Of a stretch of DNA of 64,000 bases, positions 39,720 through 54,274 are shown piece after piece. Positions within the stretch are counted from its first letter, which is position 1. The number at the start of each line of letters is the position of its first letter. The notes under the pieces are model-generated. The model was not told where the DNA came from. It saw only the letters and a list, made by a program, of their open reading frames with translations, and searched no databases. This DNA comes from the human T2T-CHM13v2.0 reference genome, Homo sapiens, in assembly GCF_009914755.1 (NCBI RefSeq), contig NC_060929.1. One strand, given 5' to 3'. The position numbers and the translations under genes are program-made.

Positions 39720-40123
39720 TGCCTTAGTCCTTTTTTGCTGCTATAACAAAATACCTCAAACTGGGTAATTTATAAAGAACAGACATTTATTTTTCACAGC
39801 TCTGGAGGATGGGAAGTCCAAGATTTAATCACCAGCATTTGGTATCTGGTGAGGCCCCCATCTCCACTTTCAACCAAGATGGAGCCCTGTTGCTGCATCC
39901 TCTTGAGGGGACAAATGCTGTGTTCTCAAATAGCTGAAGGGATGTAAAGGGCAAAAAGGGCCTAAGCTAGTTCCCTCCAGCTAGGCACCAATTCATTCAT
40001 GAGAGCAGAATCCCCCTGATTTAATCACTTCCCCAAAAGACCCCACCTCTCAATACCATCATAATGGGGATTAAGTTTCAACACATGAATTTTGGAGGGA
40101 ATGCCATCTTTCAAATCATAGCA
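39720..40123 (-). mobile_element. MST-type MaLR solo LTR
   Basis: tgccttagtcc...gctgctataacaaaatacctcaaactgggtaatttataaagaac...catgaattttggaggg...catagca. Confidence 0.88.
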
Positions 40124-40879
40124 CCAAATATCTAGCAAAGAACTTACACATTTTAAATTCTAGAATATGTAAAGAACTCTCAAAACTCAACATTAAAAAA
40201 ATCTATTAAATGAACAAAAGACATAAACAGACATTTACCAAAGATGATAAAAATAAGCACATGAAAAGATATTCAATATCATAAGCTGTTAGGAAACTTT
40301 AAATTAAAACTACAATGAGATACCACTACACACATATCAACATGACTAAGATTTTAAAAAATAACACCACCAAATGCTGGCAAGGATGCAGAGAAACTGG
40401 TTCACTCATACATTACTGGTGGGAATGTAAAATGGTAAGCCACTCTGGAAAAGAGTTTAACAGTTGTTTAAAATGTTAAACTTGCAACTACCATACAACC
40501 CAATAATTGCACTTCTGGACATTTATGCCAGAGGAATGAAAGTTATTTTAACATAAAAACCCAAATAATTAATGGTTATAGCAGCTTTATTTGTTATTGC
40601 TAAAAACTGGAAGTCAACAGATGGTTAAAGAAATTGTGGTATATGCACAACATGGAATTCTACTAAGCAATAAAAATAAATAGTCGGTTGATACATATGA
40701 CTTGGATGTCTCTAGGGAATTCTGCTGAGTACAATGATATAGTGTTTTATAATCCCCAAAAGTTACACACTACATTATTCCATGCATATAAAATTTGGGG
40801 AGTGCCAAATTTTAGAAATGGAGGATCGATTAGTGGTTGCCAGATGGTAGAGATTGGTGAGGGGAGGTAGGGAAGTAGT

Positions 40880-41304
40880 TGTTCTGGTCTGAATGTTTCT
40901 GTCCCCCTGAAATTCTTACGTTAAAATCTAATCACCAGTGAGATGGTATTAGAAAGTGGGACCTTTGGGAGGTGATTAGGTCATAATGGTAGAGCCCTCG
41001 TGAATAGGATTAGTGCTCTTGTAGAAGAGATCCCAGAGAGCTAGCTCACCCTTCCCACCATGTGAGGACACAACTACAAAGTACCTTTCTAGGAGACAGG
41101 CCCTCTCCAGAAACTGAATCTGCTGATGTATTGATCTCGGACTTCCCAGCCTCCAGAACTATCAGAAATAAATTTGTTATTATTATATAATATAAATTTT
41201 TTATAATTTATAATATATAGTATAATTTATAACTTATTTAGTATAATTTCTGTTGTTTATGAGTTTATAGTATTTTGTTATAGCAACACAAATGGACTAA
41301 GACA
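40880..41304 (+). mobile_element. MSTD/MLT1A-type MaLR solo LTR with an internal AT-rich insertion
   Basis: TG...CA; ggacttcccagcctccagaact...aataaa; ends ggactaagaca; TSD gtagt / gtggt. Confidence 0.88.
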
Positions 41305-41417
41305 GTGGTGTAGTTATAAAGAGCAACAGGAAGGATCCTTGTTGTGCTGGAACTGTTTAGTATCTTGAACAGTGGTAGTGGATACAAGAATCTACATAGC
41401 TGATAAAAGTGCCTAGA

Positions 41418-41683
41418 GGCCGGGTGGGGTGGCTCATGCCTGCAATCCCAGCACTTTGGGAGGCTGAGGTGGGTGGATCACTTGAGCCCAGGAATTCGAG
41501 ACCAACCTACAAAATATACAAAAATTAACTGGGCACAGTGGCATACACCTGTAGCCCCAGCTACTCAAGAAGCTGAGGTGGGAGGATTCATTGATCCCAG
41601 AAGGTGGAGGCTGTACCTGATTGTACCACTGCATTCCAGCTTGGGTGAGACAACAAGACCCTGTTTCAAAAAAAAAAAAAAAT
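41418..41683 (+). mobile_element. AluJ with a short internal deletion
   Basis: ggatcacttgagcccagga; the end of the left monomer is missing. Confidence 0.92.
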
Positions 41684-41884
41684 ACAAGTATATAGAACTT
41701 AACACACACACTCGTACAATTCAAATTGGAAAAATCTAAATAAAATCAGTGAATTGTATTAATTTTCTGGTTGTAATACTATGCTATTATTTTCAAAAAT
41801 GTTACCGTTGGAGGAAACTGGGCAAAGTGTACAAAGGATCTTTCTGCGTTGTATCTTAAACTGCATATTACTCTACAATTATCT

Positions 41885-42190
<306 letters not shown>

Positions 42191-42610
42191 TGTAATTATC
42201 TTTAAAAAAGACATTAATTACAACAGCATCCGAAAATATAAAGTGCCTAGAAATGAATCTAACAAACAATGGGTAAGATCCTTATGAAGAAATTATAAAA
42301 TTTTATTGAAAGAGATAAAAAGACTAAATAAATGAAGTATAAATCTTATCCTCATGGATTGGAAGACAAATTCATAAAGATGTAAAGATTCAATACTATT
42401 TCAATCAAAATCCTAACAAGGTTTCTTTGTGGAAACTAACAAGCTGATTCTAAAATTCATATGGAAAGAAAAGAGCCAAGAATTAAACACTACTGAAGAA
42501 GAAAAACAGAAGGAAGAGACTTGCCTTACCAGATATCAGGTGTTTTATAAAGCTGGAGCAATTAACACAGTGGCATTTGCACAGAAATAGCAAAAATAAC
42601 CAACAGTTGA

Positions 42611-42985
<375 letters not shown>

Positions 42986-42993
42986 GACTGACT

Positions 42994-43178
42994 GTTTGTT
43001 TGTTTTGAGGTGGAGTCTCGCTCTACTGCGCAGGCCAGAGTGCAGTGGCATGATGTCGGCTCATTGCAACCTCTGCCTCCTGGGTTCAAGCAATTCTCCT
43101 ACGTGTAGCCCCCAAGTAGCTGGGATTACAGGCACGCGCCACCACACCCAGCTAATTTCTGTATTGTTTGTGGAGTTT
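42994..43178 (-). mobile_element. Partial AluS (right monomer)
   Basis: (TTTG)n tail and right arm only. Confidence 0.9.
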
Positions 43179-43246
43179 TAAATTTAATATCACTAAGACA
43201 GCTGGTTATTCATGTGGGGAAAAAAGTGAAATTGGGTCTTATTTTT

Positions 43247-43630
43247 GTGGTTGCCCCATGAAAGGTGAGCTCAATGCCCCCATCCAAAACTGGTTCAGAT
43301 ATCAAGATTGTTGATACCACATTTACAACAAGAAGGTATTTTAAAAGTTTATTACACACAATGAGGCTTTCTGGTCAGAACAGGACAGGCATCCAAGCCA
43401 GTTCTAAATGGCTTGAGGGAGGGAGAGAAAAGGGTCTTTGATTTTTAATGTGGTCAGTGATAGGGCCAGTATGAGGGATGATTTGAACTTCTCCTTGGCA
43501 CCAAGGGAGGGGGCACCTGGGGTTTCTAATCAGCTTTGCCAGATGCTGGGCAAGAGGGAAAGGGGGAGGGGTGGAGCCTGAAAGCTGTTGGTAGTCAAAC
43601 ATCAAAAATGGAATTAGATTATTTATTACA
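43247..43630 (-). mobile_element. ERVL-class solo LTR (LTR47-like)
   Basis: TG...CA; reverse strand starts tgtaataaataatctaattccatttttgatgtttgactacc; tttatt polyA signal. Confidence 0.6.
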
Positions 43631-44664
43631 GATCCCTTTTACACACATAAACAAAAAATTCCTTGTGGATTAGGAGTTATATTAAAAGCAAAAGTATGAA
43701 ACTTTTAAAAGACAAAATTGAAGAATATCTTTATGATCTCAAGGTAGTGAAAGATTTACTAGACATAGCACAGAAAGTACTAACCATAAAGAAAAAGTGA
43801 TAAATTTAACTCTAGTATATTAAAGTTAAAAACTTCTGTTTAAAAGCAAAACAAAACAAAAAACCATTAAGAGAATAAATAAGTAAACCACACTCTGGGA
43901 GAAGTGATTTGTTACACCCTAAAAATGAGCCCCCAAAATTGTACCCAGAATATACAAAGACCTACTATAAGTCACCAGAGAAACACACACAATCCAATAG
44001 AGAATGGACAGAAGACTTGAGCAAGCATTTCACAAAGAGGTGGCAGAAGTAACCAAAAGTATAAAAAGATAAAAGATGCTCACAGTAAGATGACATTTCA
44101 CATCTGTAAAGCTTGCAAAAATTAAAAATTCTGACAATATTAAATGTTAGCGTGAGCCACTAGAACACTTGTACACTTCTCATGGCAGTAGGAATCAGTA
44201 TAGTCGCTTTGAAAAAGCAGTCTGGCATTAATTGCTTAGTGGATTTGAAGGCATGCAATTCCACTCCTAGGCACGTACCTACAGAAACTCTTGCACATAT
44301 ACACCAAAATACATGTGTAGTAATACTCAGAGTATAGTGACACTATTCATAATAGAGAACAATGAAAACAGCCCAAATGTTTACCAACAGTAGAATGAAT
44401 AAACTGGCATATTCATACAATGGACTATTAGGTGAGAGTTAAAAGTAATGACTTATAGTAGAAGCAATGAAGTTACAAAAGAATGTATACGGTATGATTA
44501 TCTTTATATAAAGGCCAAAAACATGCAAAATTAAACAACATATTGTTTAGAAGAAAAAATGTGGCAATGCAGTGAGTAAGAACAAGCAAATAAAAACCCC
44601 ACGTCAGTGTAATGATTACCTTTAAGTAGGGAGGGAAGAAATGAACACATAGGGAACTTCAAAT

Positions 44665-44695
<31 letters not shown>

Positions 44696-45681
44696 CAAAA
44701 CAGGAGTAGGTATGTAGGTAATTGTTAAAATGCGATTCTTCAAATGTTAATATATTTTAAATTAATATTTAACTTTAAAAAACAATTTGTATAAAGAAAA
44801 ATCATTGCTCTTGAATTCTCTTTCTGTTTAGGAAAGGAAAATTTACCATTGTGACATTTTTAGTGTCTTATGAGCTTTTCCTTGTGCATGAGTAAAAATC
44901 TAAGAAAAATAGAAAAGGAAATTGAAAAAGAATATTCTTACATATGTGCCAGGCAACAGCAGACAGCCCACCTTTCCCAGGGAGTCTGGCTACACAAAGG
45001 CCTATGGAGGCAGAGCAGATTGCCGCATTCACCAAAAGAGCCTCGCTGACCTGCACCGAATTCCCCAGAGGACTGGGCCCTACTTATTTTTACATCATTA
45101 GCCCTCTTGGGGCAGGCTGAGGTCATTTCCAATTTGAAAACGACCTTGGATCACAAGCTGAAGTTTTCCATTTGTTTACGCTATTAAACATCCTGAGATA
45201 TGATTAATAAGTCTTCTGCATAGAGAAATAAGTTTATTTCTAACAAACATGGTCCTTGACATGTTTCTACTATTTATGTTATTGCAGTGAGTTCATTCCA
45301 CAAACTAATTTTCCAGCACTTTCTAATCTTAGCATTGTTTGGCAGTCTCTTAAACTCAGCAATAAGTTGTCTGATAAACCAATATGCAAGACATGAATTG
45401 TTTAGAAAATTATGAATATGTGATTACTTTCATCCTTTCAAAATAATAAAGTCATTGAAAAAATATTTTTTTCTGTATTTTCCAAATTATCTATTACACT
45501 AAGGGAAAAAAACCTTAATTTTTAAAGCTTAACAAGAAATTGTGGGCTAAGATTCCTTAGGGAATCAAATATACATTTCACTTCTTGTAAAAGGGTCTAT
45601 GAAAGCTGTTATTACTCTTTTAGGAGAGCTCAAGAATAAATAACAGACACATGTATTGAGTTGCTCTGTGTGTATTAAAGA

Positions 45682-46050
45682 CAGTGGTACGCTGGTAAAT
45701 AGTTAACAACCAGCTATATAGAGAGGGAAATAGCCTTGACTTGATTTGTAGCATTTGCCAATTTCTGTCATGTAAACACTCCCACTGTGGCCAATTTCAA
45801 GCTACCAATTTGATATCACTAAATGTCGAGTTGGGGAGAAATGTACCACACAGATACAAAAGATAGATGTAAATAATCTTAAGAGTATAGATGTTAAAAT
45901 GCAGCACCATAATTAGAAAGTGATGTTTTTGAGCAGTTATTACATTAATATAAATTTTAAATTACAAGTTTATATAATTTGATTGTTAATAATTACTGTG
46001 TTTAACAACAGGCTGGCAAAATTCTTGAAGCTGCTTTAGCAAGGCACTAA
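45682..46050. mobile_element. MER63-family hAT-Blackjack element
   Basis: cagtggtacgctggtaaatagttaacaacc; gatttgtagcatttgccaatttc; ggccaatttcaagctaccaa. Confidence 0.75.
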
Positions 46051-49000
46051 TTAGACCGTACTGGTGGTAATGTACTACCCAATCCAGTACAACAATTAGT
46101 AGATGACAGAATTCAATATATGGACATGATTTTTATATAATGTTGTTATATAAATATAATGTTGATGTATACATAACATATCTATAATTTGTTATATGTC
46201 AGCATTATATATAATATATATTTTCATTATATCTAATGTTATATATAAAACTTTATATATAATGTTATGTGTGTGTGTGTGTATTCCTACATACTCATGA
46301 CCTTTATATAGGAAAGAGTCCTGAAATCCTCCTTTAAGGTAATTGCTTGGTAAACTGTATACACAATTCAATCACAGCCATGCTACTGAATTGTTTTGCA
46401 GATAACAGACCTAATTTTCAGAATTACCTCTTGGTCCAGCCAGATCAGAGAGAACAAAGCAACACATAATTTCTGGATTCCTAACAAAGTCATCTAGCAG
46501 GCCTAAAAGAACTCCAGTATCATTCCCAATCTATCTAGTCAGTGTGTGAGACACAAGGTAGGAAAGGAAAAAGGGGGAAAAGGGAGACTCCCAAAGGATC
46601 CCTTCCACAATTAATTATGCAAATCACAAGTAAATTAGACACTAAAATTTTAAGATTGATTGAAAGGCTTGCTCAAATTGCTTTAACTGTGATTCATAAA
46701 CCAATCACACAAATTCATCTGTTAGGTTGTATAAAAAAATTAGAAAGATGTAGAATGGAATAAGATTACCTTAATTTAAATGTAAAAGACATGGTTGCTG
46801 AAGTATGAGTCTCTTATACCATAAGCACTAGCCCATCAGATGTTAACAAAATCTGATATGCAACAGTTTTACATATCCCCTTGTGGGAGAAAGATCAACT
46901 TGTGATCTGCTTTATAAATCAGCTACAGTGTTAGAGTTAGGCTACTGTAGCTAAATGGCTTTTAGATATGCTTCCTGTTTTAAGCTACCATATTTACAAA
47001 TGAAAGCTTTTTCAAACCATGGCTTTTAATATAATTTGCATATTTAGTAATACATTGATTAAAATTAAACACGGATTATTGCAATTTATTTCAGAAACAG
47101 ATGGGATGCATTAAATGAAAAGCCAGAGTTTTTAAATAGAACAGACTCGCTGGCTGACTACTGATGAATGATGAATATAAAAACTTTGTAAATTGGCAAA
47201 AAGAAAAAAAAAGTCCTTTGCGCCGATTTCTTTTCAAGGTTTTCCTGACTAGTGATTCCAGGAAATTAGTAATCAAGTTAATTTAAAATGAATAATTTAT
47301 ATCAAAGGTATGCATCAGCTTAATGAAAGCAGATTTCTCAGAATTAAAAATGCTTCCACAAACTTTGAATCTTCCTTGTCTACAGGGTATGTGTTCTCAG
47401 GTTTTCCTAATTATGGATTTGATAGGGTTCACCAGCAGATGGCATTCTTCCATTACATACATTCCTGCTGGATTGCTTTGCATTTACAGTTTCATGAAAC
47501 TTCTTCACCAGCTAGTGTAAATTAACCATGAATTCACTCAACGGTAGAGATAGCTGGGTTGAAGCATTTGTTTCTGAAATGGCATATTCTTAAAATAGTC
47601 TTGGTTGCCCCAAACCTGATTAGATGTTGACAAGTATTTCATTTTTACATTGTTCTCTGTATCCATTGTTTTGTTGAATATCATTCACAAAAGCTAATTT
47701 TAGTAGGAATAATGTATAAGTGAATATTAGCCTCTTGTCAGTTATTTCATCAAAAGTAGATCTAAGCTTTTGCCTCATCCCCTCCTCCCATATCAGTGTG
47801 ATATAATTCAATCAGATGACATTACTATGCTAGTTCAATTATGAAAATAATTTTTGCATATAAGTTTTTCATTTTGTGAAGCACAGGAATTTTCCAAGTT
47901 AATTTAGCAAAATCCAGTTTACTTTGCTTGGCTATCCAACACTTCTTATTAACCTAGATAATTAATTCTCAGAATCTCACAAAATTCATGAAGTAGAGAG
48001 TTCATTATTTAGTTTTGATACTTTTTTTTCCTTGCTTTTTTTAAGTGGGAAGTAAAAAGGGAATTGCATCTACAACATTTAAATAATGTTTCTATTATTA
48101 GAAATCTTCATTGGACAATACAGAAATCTTATTAATATATAGGCTCAAATTCAGCAACTTCAACTTGAATGGGATTGCTGAAAGTGAACTTGAAATAAAG
48201 TCAGACTAAGACCAAATATTTCCTATTTAATATAGATGCTAATTATAAATTCTCAGAATAAGCTAAACTGGGCAGTTTACAACACAAATTGTTCACTTCA
48301 TAGTGAATCAATGACATACTTTTCAAAGCAAGAAATCAAATGAAAACTATTTTTATATAATGTTTCTGATGATTTTATATCTTAAAAACACATGTGTTTT
48401 CTTTTGAAACAAAAAAAGATTCTTTCATCAAAATCCTGATTGCAGTAACAATATGCTATAGAGGTTTTATTTTGTTATATTTTGTTTATAAATGTAAAAT
48501 ATTTCCAAAAATTACCTCCAGCTTTTTCAAAGTTTGATTAAATACTCAAAAGTACTTAAAAGGTCAGTTCCCAGTTTCACTGCTATGGATTACTCTAACA
48601 TGAAATGTTTGTCACCTATTGTAAGTTGTGAAAATCCCCCTGTATCCAATGTGTTTTGTTTGGATTGAGATGGCATGCAGTTGATGGCTGTGACCTTCAT
48701 GGTGGCTTAGATCCCTGGCTGGCACTGATTTTTGATTTAGTGCCGATCTGCTGCGCTTGTCACAGGCTGCAAGGTGCTTTCCATGCACTAATGGAACAGC
48801 TCAAGGGCAGAGGGGCCCTGTAAATGTCTATCTCTCACCAACCACGGGCTAAATAGAGAGGTGAGTTTTCTACATGTGAATGACAGACTCTGAGATTACT
48901 TGTAGAAGGTAATACAAAGTTTTAAAACCTGCACAGACTTGGCGAAAATAAGAAGCATTTGCAAAGTGCCAACTCTAAGGTTATTCTGCCTGCTAATGAA

Positions 49001-49409
49001 TATGTATCTGCACTGTTAAAATGGAATATTTAACACAAATACCGATAATATATCTTCATTTGGTGGCAGGGAACTAACAATCAGTTGATGTGTCCTTTGT
49101 TTCAACTGTAGTTGTTAATAAATTCTGTTATTTAATGATGTCTTCAACAGAAAATTGCATATGTCCAAACTTTTTCCTTCTAACACAAAATGACATGATA
49201 ATTGTTCTAGAAAGAGAGGAATTTAGAGACAAAATATAACATCTTGGCCTATGCATCATATTGGCTAGGCATCTTGACTACTAAAGGGTATTCCATACAT
49301 GCAGCAAAACAAAAACAAATACAGGTAAATTTTGCCTTTTAAAATCACTTGGGCCTTGGTGAGAGTAATTCATACCAAGAGGCTAGTAAACATATTATTA
49401 GTGCGTCTG

Positions 49410-49695
49410 TAAAGTGACCAAATCCTATTTATCCTTTAAGACTCAGCTCAAATGCTGTCCCCTCCAGATGCAATTCCTGATTCTCCCAAGAAGTAAGATC
49501 TTCCGTGAAATTCTACAATATTTGATTTGTGCATTCCTTAGTTATTGCTGTTTATCTTGTATGAGGGACACATTTTATCTCATTTCCTGCAATAGACTGT
49601 AAATTCCTTAAGAGCAAGTACCGCATCTATTTTATCTTTACAAACATCTCCTTCCCTAGCGCTCAATACATGTTTGTTGAATGAATGAATGATAA
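49410..49695 (+). mobile_element. L2 3' fragment
   Basis: tagactgtaaattccttaagagcaag...gctcaatacatgtttgttgaatgaatgaatga L2 tail. Confidence 0.75.
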
Positions 49696-50849
49696 ATGCA
49701 TATCTACAACATGGTAGCAGTCTCCAGGTTGATGAAATTTTAAAGTTATGAGTATTTGTGGTGATATTATCATTAACATTAATATCTGGCTGACTTCCTG
49801 AATCTCCACTTCAATCACCACATACAGGTTACGATGGTCCCTCTCACATTCAGAAGTCTCACTTTATATATAATTTCTGATTTCTCTCTGAATCTGCCTC
49901 CCACCAGCAAGACCACATGCTATACCAAATTCTCATCTAAGACCCCTCTACAGCCAACCCCACCAAAACAGCACTCCCCTACACATAATACTCAGATCTC
50001 TCAATATAGAACAACCTTAGTGTGCCTCATCTAACCACAGTGTAAGTCACAGGATATAAACTTCATCCATGTCTTGAAGTATTTGAAGTCATTCCATGGG
50101 AAGTTGCCTTCTCAGTAAAAGGTACATGCAGCTTGCTTTTATGGCCCTTTGATTCATACATTAATTCACCAACTCATTACTGAGTGCTTACTATGTACCA
50201 GGCACTAGAAGGTAATTACGATACAGTGCTGTGTACTCTCACGAGGAACCGGGCAGTGTGCCAGGACATACTGCAGACACTGGAGAAACATGGTACTTCT
50301 TGGATGGGGAATTTCAATGATTTAAAACATTATTTTTATATTAAAATAAAGTAAGAAATAGAATGCAAAATTTTCATGAATTTTTAAAATATAGAATTCA
50401 AAAAATTCCTACTTTCAGTAGACTGCTTTTGATCCCCCTGAGTGTGAATGCATTCTCTTCTGCCATTCTAGGTAGGTCAGTTGAAAAATGTTGATAAGTT
50501 GTCTGAAAGAACACATGCTTTGGAATAAGTCTTGATTAGAATCTCAATTATTCCTCTTCCTCATTATATATCTTTGGGTGAGTTATTTAATCACTATGAG
50601 TGTGAATGTTCTCATCTATAAAATATGCATAATACCTACCTTTTCAGGCAATTGTAAAGATTAAATAAATACATGTAAAGTATAAAGACAGCACCAAACA
50701 TAGTAGGTGGTTCTGTAGGAACTTCATCCATCCCCTAAAAGAGACCTACCAGATCCTTATGTTGTTATTTCACATCTCTGCCATTTCAACTCCTTGCACC
50801 GGAACCACTGAATAACTGATAGAAAGGTTAACTGTCAAATTGCATTCTT

Positions 50850-50981
50850 GGCCAGACACAGCGGCTCATTCCTGTAATCTCAACACTTTGAGTGGTGGAG
50901 GCAAGAGAATTGCTTGAGGCCAGGAGTTTGAGACCAGCCTAGGCAACATATTAAGACTCTGTCTATATAAAAAACTAAACG
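50850..50981 (+). mobile_element. FLAM / free left Alu monomer
   Basis: Single monomer with A-tail; TSD aattgcattctt / aattgcattttt. Confidence 0.88.
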
Positions 50982-51229
50982 AATTGCATTTTTTCACAAT
51001 AAATTCATATTTTACATGTGGAACATCCCATTAAGACTTCATGGACAGCGTTCAGATGATCAACATAGTTTTGTCACAACTTGTAAAACTTTCAAAAGCC
51101 TCTAGTTCAATCATCTCACGTTCTAAATGACCTAACTTCTTTGTCTCCTTTCCTGGCTGAAATCCTTTTACTGCGCAATGGTAGATAGGTATAATATGAG
51201 GTTCTATTCTTAACACTCATCTTTTATCT

Positions 51230-52500
51230 CTCTGTACATATTCCCCTTGGTAAGCATAGCCACTCTAATGGCTTCAACCACCAACTCTATCCCAGTGACC
51301 CTAAAATCCTTATCTCCAGTCCTGACCTTTGCTTTGTGCTGCAGTCTTCAGCTTCCACCCACCTGCAGAATATGCACTGTTAAGTGAACTACCATATACT
51401 CAAACTCAACAGTCCCATAATGTATTTCAAACTATCTTTTCTTCTATCAAAGTAGAAACTTAGAAGGAATTTTTGAGTATTTTCCCCTTTTAAATCCCCT
51501 ATAGTCAATTTATCACCAATTTCTTTTCTCTCTTTAATGTGTCATTCAAATTTAAATAGTCCTTTCTACTCCCATTGCCATGATTGTACTACAGGGCCTC
51601 ATGACCTCAAGCCTGGAATGAGGCAGTGGGCTCCCAGCTCAGTACTTCTCATATCCTAGATGCAGAGCACAATAACCTGAGGGAATTTTGCAAAACCACA
51701 GATTCTCAGGCTGCCCCAGGCTTACTGAATCAGAAGACTTGGGGGATAAAGCTCTCCAGTTGATTCTCACACACAACTAGACTTGGAACCATGATTTCAA
51801 TTGATTTCATGTCTACAGTCTTTCCACTTTCAACACATACAGTGCATTTAAATACCAATTTTATCATGGTGCATTTCTAATGGTGTCCTACTGCCAGGCA
51901 CGTTAAGCTGAATGCCCTTTGCCAATTCCTAAAAGTCTCCATAACCTAGCCCCACCTTACTTTTTCAGATCTAATTTTTAGTCTGACAAGGACAGTCTTC
52001 TAATCTTATTCTCGTGTCAATTCCTCCATTCATTTTCCCTGAGCTGGGAGCCCCCTGAATCATTCCAACTTGAGGTCATGAGGCCCTGGACTGCAATCAT
52101 GGCAATGAGAGTAGAAAGGACTATTTAGATTTGAATGACATATTAAAGAGAAAGAAATTGGTGATAGATTGACTATAAGGGATTTAAAAGGGAAAAGACT
52201 CAAAGATTCCTTCCCCATCTACCCACCAATATAAACCTCCTCCTTCCTTCAAAGATGAGCCCCATCTGACCTTCTTACCTAGTGTCCTCTAGCCATACTC
52301 TTCCCTCTACATTTTTTCCTTCTCTGCCTCCTATTGTGATTTAAGTCAGTACCATGCTGTTTTATACTTCTCCTACTACATTTTTATAAATCTTCTCTCC
52401 ATAGACAGAGTGTAAATGTCATGAAAAGAAGAACCAAAAATTTGTTTTCATGTTTCTCCTGATAACATCTGAAGGTGTATTGTAGGTATTCAACACATTA
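51230..52500. mobile_element. Degraded L2 fragments containing a MER5A-like insertion (about 51640-51795)
   Basis: ggcttcaaccaccaactctat...tatctccagtcctgacc L2 motifs; cagattctcaggctgccccaggcttactgaatcagaa MER5 motif. Confidence 0.55.
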
Positions 52501-54274
52501 TTGTAATTAATTAAAACCCATTGACTTCTTACTGCATAGCAGATATATATATTGACTCATTTAATTCTCATAACAACCCTATGAGGATTTTAAAATAAAA
52601 CTCCTTGTTTAGACAAGGAAATAAACATAGAGAGGTGAAATAATTTACCTCTCTATGGTCAAGACTGCTCTGGTTTGAATTTCAGTTCTTCCTCTTGTGA
52701 GCTTAATACCATTCATAAGAGGAAGCATTGAAATTCAAACCTGGGCAGTCTTTCCAAAGCTTATTGTCTTAGCTAACACACCATGGAATCATAGAACATG
52801 AGCAGCAGAAAGGGCTTATGAGGCCATCTAACTCATCTGCCTAGAACTAAGCTATTTTACTATTTACTAATCTTTATGTGTTTGTTTAGTTAAAGGCAAC
52901 TGTTCTCTACTCACTGTCCTGTATGTCGTTTAGGTCTCCCTGGGTCTCTATTTATATTGATACTACATAACCTTTTAGATAACTCTTAATTTATGCATAT
53001 TTGTTGCAGCGATGAGTACCTAAACCATTCTAGGACAAAAAAAGATGCAAATAAAAATTCCCCCTTACCCAAACTGTCCATTCTGAAGGCTATTAAAGCA
53101 AGCCAAGACACATATTTCATTAGAGAGTTTCCTTTTCAATATTTCTGGGCCTTTGCTGCCATTTTTTAAAGAAAGGGATTTATTTATTCAGTGAGTTTGA
53201 GGGTGTGGTGCATACATATGCACGCTTGTGTGGTGGGGGGCAGAGGGATTAAAAGAATATGCTTTTGAAAGTAGAGTGGACATCAAAATTTGTTTATGTC
53301 AGGATAATAAGTGACTTGTTTTTTATGTTGCCCACTTCTTCGGACACACAGACCTGCTATGCCTCAGGGTGCGTGAATTGACTGCAATCAAAGTCTGTGC
53401 ACATGTCTGGGCCTGGGGGTCTGGTTTTCCTAACAGTCAGCATGATCTGAGGGGCACCAGAAGTCACTAGAGTTAAATGGCACTCCATGTGATGGAATGA
53501 GACACTTCTATCAGTTCATGTTAATGGGAAAAAATATGTTCCAACATTCATAGGAGAGCCAATATGGTAGTACATGAACCAACTTTCTTGTCTTGAACTA
53601 CACACTGAAAATTTGAGCCCTATTAAAATGCTAAAAACAAATGAGGTAGAGCGACAGAGTCCATTGCTCTATTTACACTGATATCGGCTTCCACATACTT
53701 ATTAGAGGTTCTACTAGAACAGGTAATAAGTAGCTCTAGATTTTTCATGCTTTGCAGTTTTGGAATAGCATGAATAATTGAAATCCACAGATAATACAAA
53801 AATTTAATTTTAGTCAAGGTATTAAGCCATCTCTTCCTCAATGGAGCTTTTATTATATTAGCTAACAAACAGAATAAGTGACTGGCTTGCATTTCAGCAT
53901 TTAGTTTTTTCTATACATCTCCTAGCATTCTTGGGTAGGTGTCATTAAGCCACCAGAGAAAAAGATTTGCACTCTTGGCTTGTTCACTGTGATCAACTAC
54001 TGCCTGTACATTTGCAAGAAGGCTGGCTGATGCTGAGGTTGAAAAAAGAGCACCACTTCCATCCTCACAGAGTTACTTGACCCATGTACATACCAACATT
54101 ACAGGGTTAGTGCAAACCCCTCATTCTCAAGCAGTAGTACAAACACTGCATCAACAGAACTATTTTTAATTAGTAATAAATGTTATCTCTACAAACTAAG
54201 TACTGAAGTAAACACAATACAATTACCCTAAACCAAATAGTAAAAAAAAAAAAAAAAAAAAATTAAAACATGGA

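Larger units (their letters stand above)
38800..41884 (+). mobile_element. L1MC/MD-type ORF2 and 3'UTR remnant interrupted by two MaLR LTRs and Alus
   Basis: Degenerate ORF2 3' half; 3'UTR atgttaccgttggaggaaactgggcaaagtgtacaaaggatctttctg. Confidence 0.8.

Noticed and set aside
46120-46285. Recurring ataatgtt units as a repeat-spacer or CRISPR-like array
   Set aside because: Irregular AT-rich low-complexity sequence ending in (GT)n; no constant repeat length; eukaryotic context with no cas genes.
47168-47248. ATGATGA...CTGA spaced like a C/D-box snoRNA
   Set aside because: No terminal stem, A-run interior, and the 10-nt stretch resembling a 28S complement (ttcttttcaa) is not adjacent to the D box; expected by chance in 64 kb.
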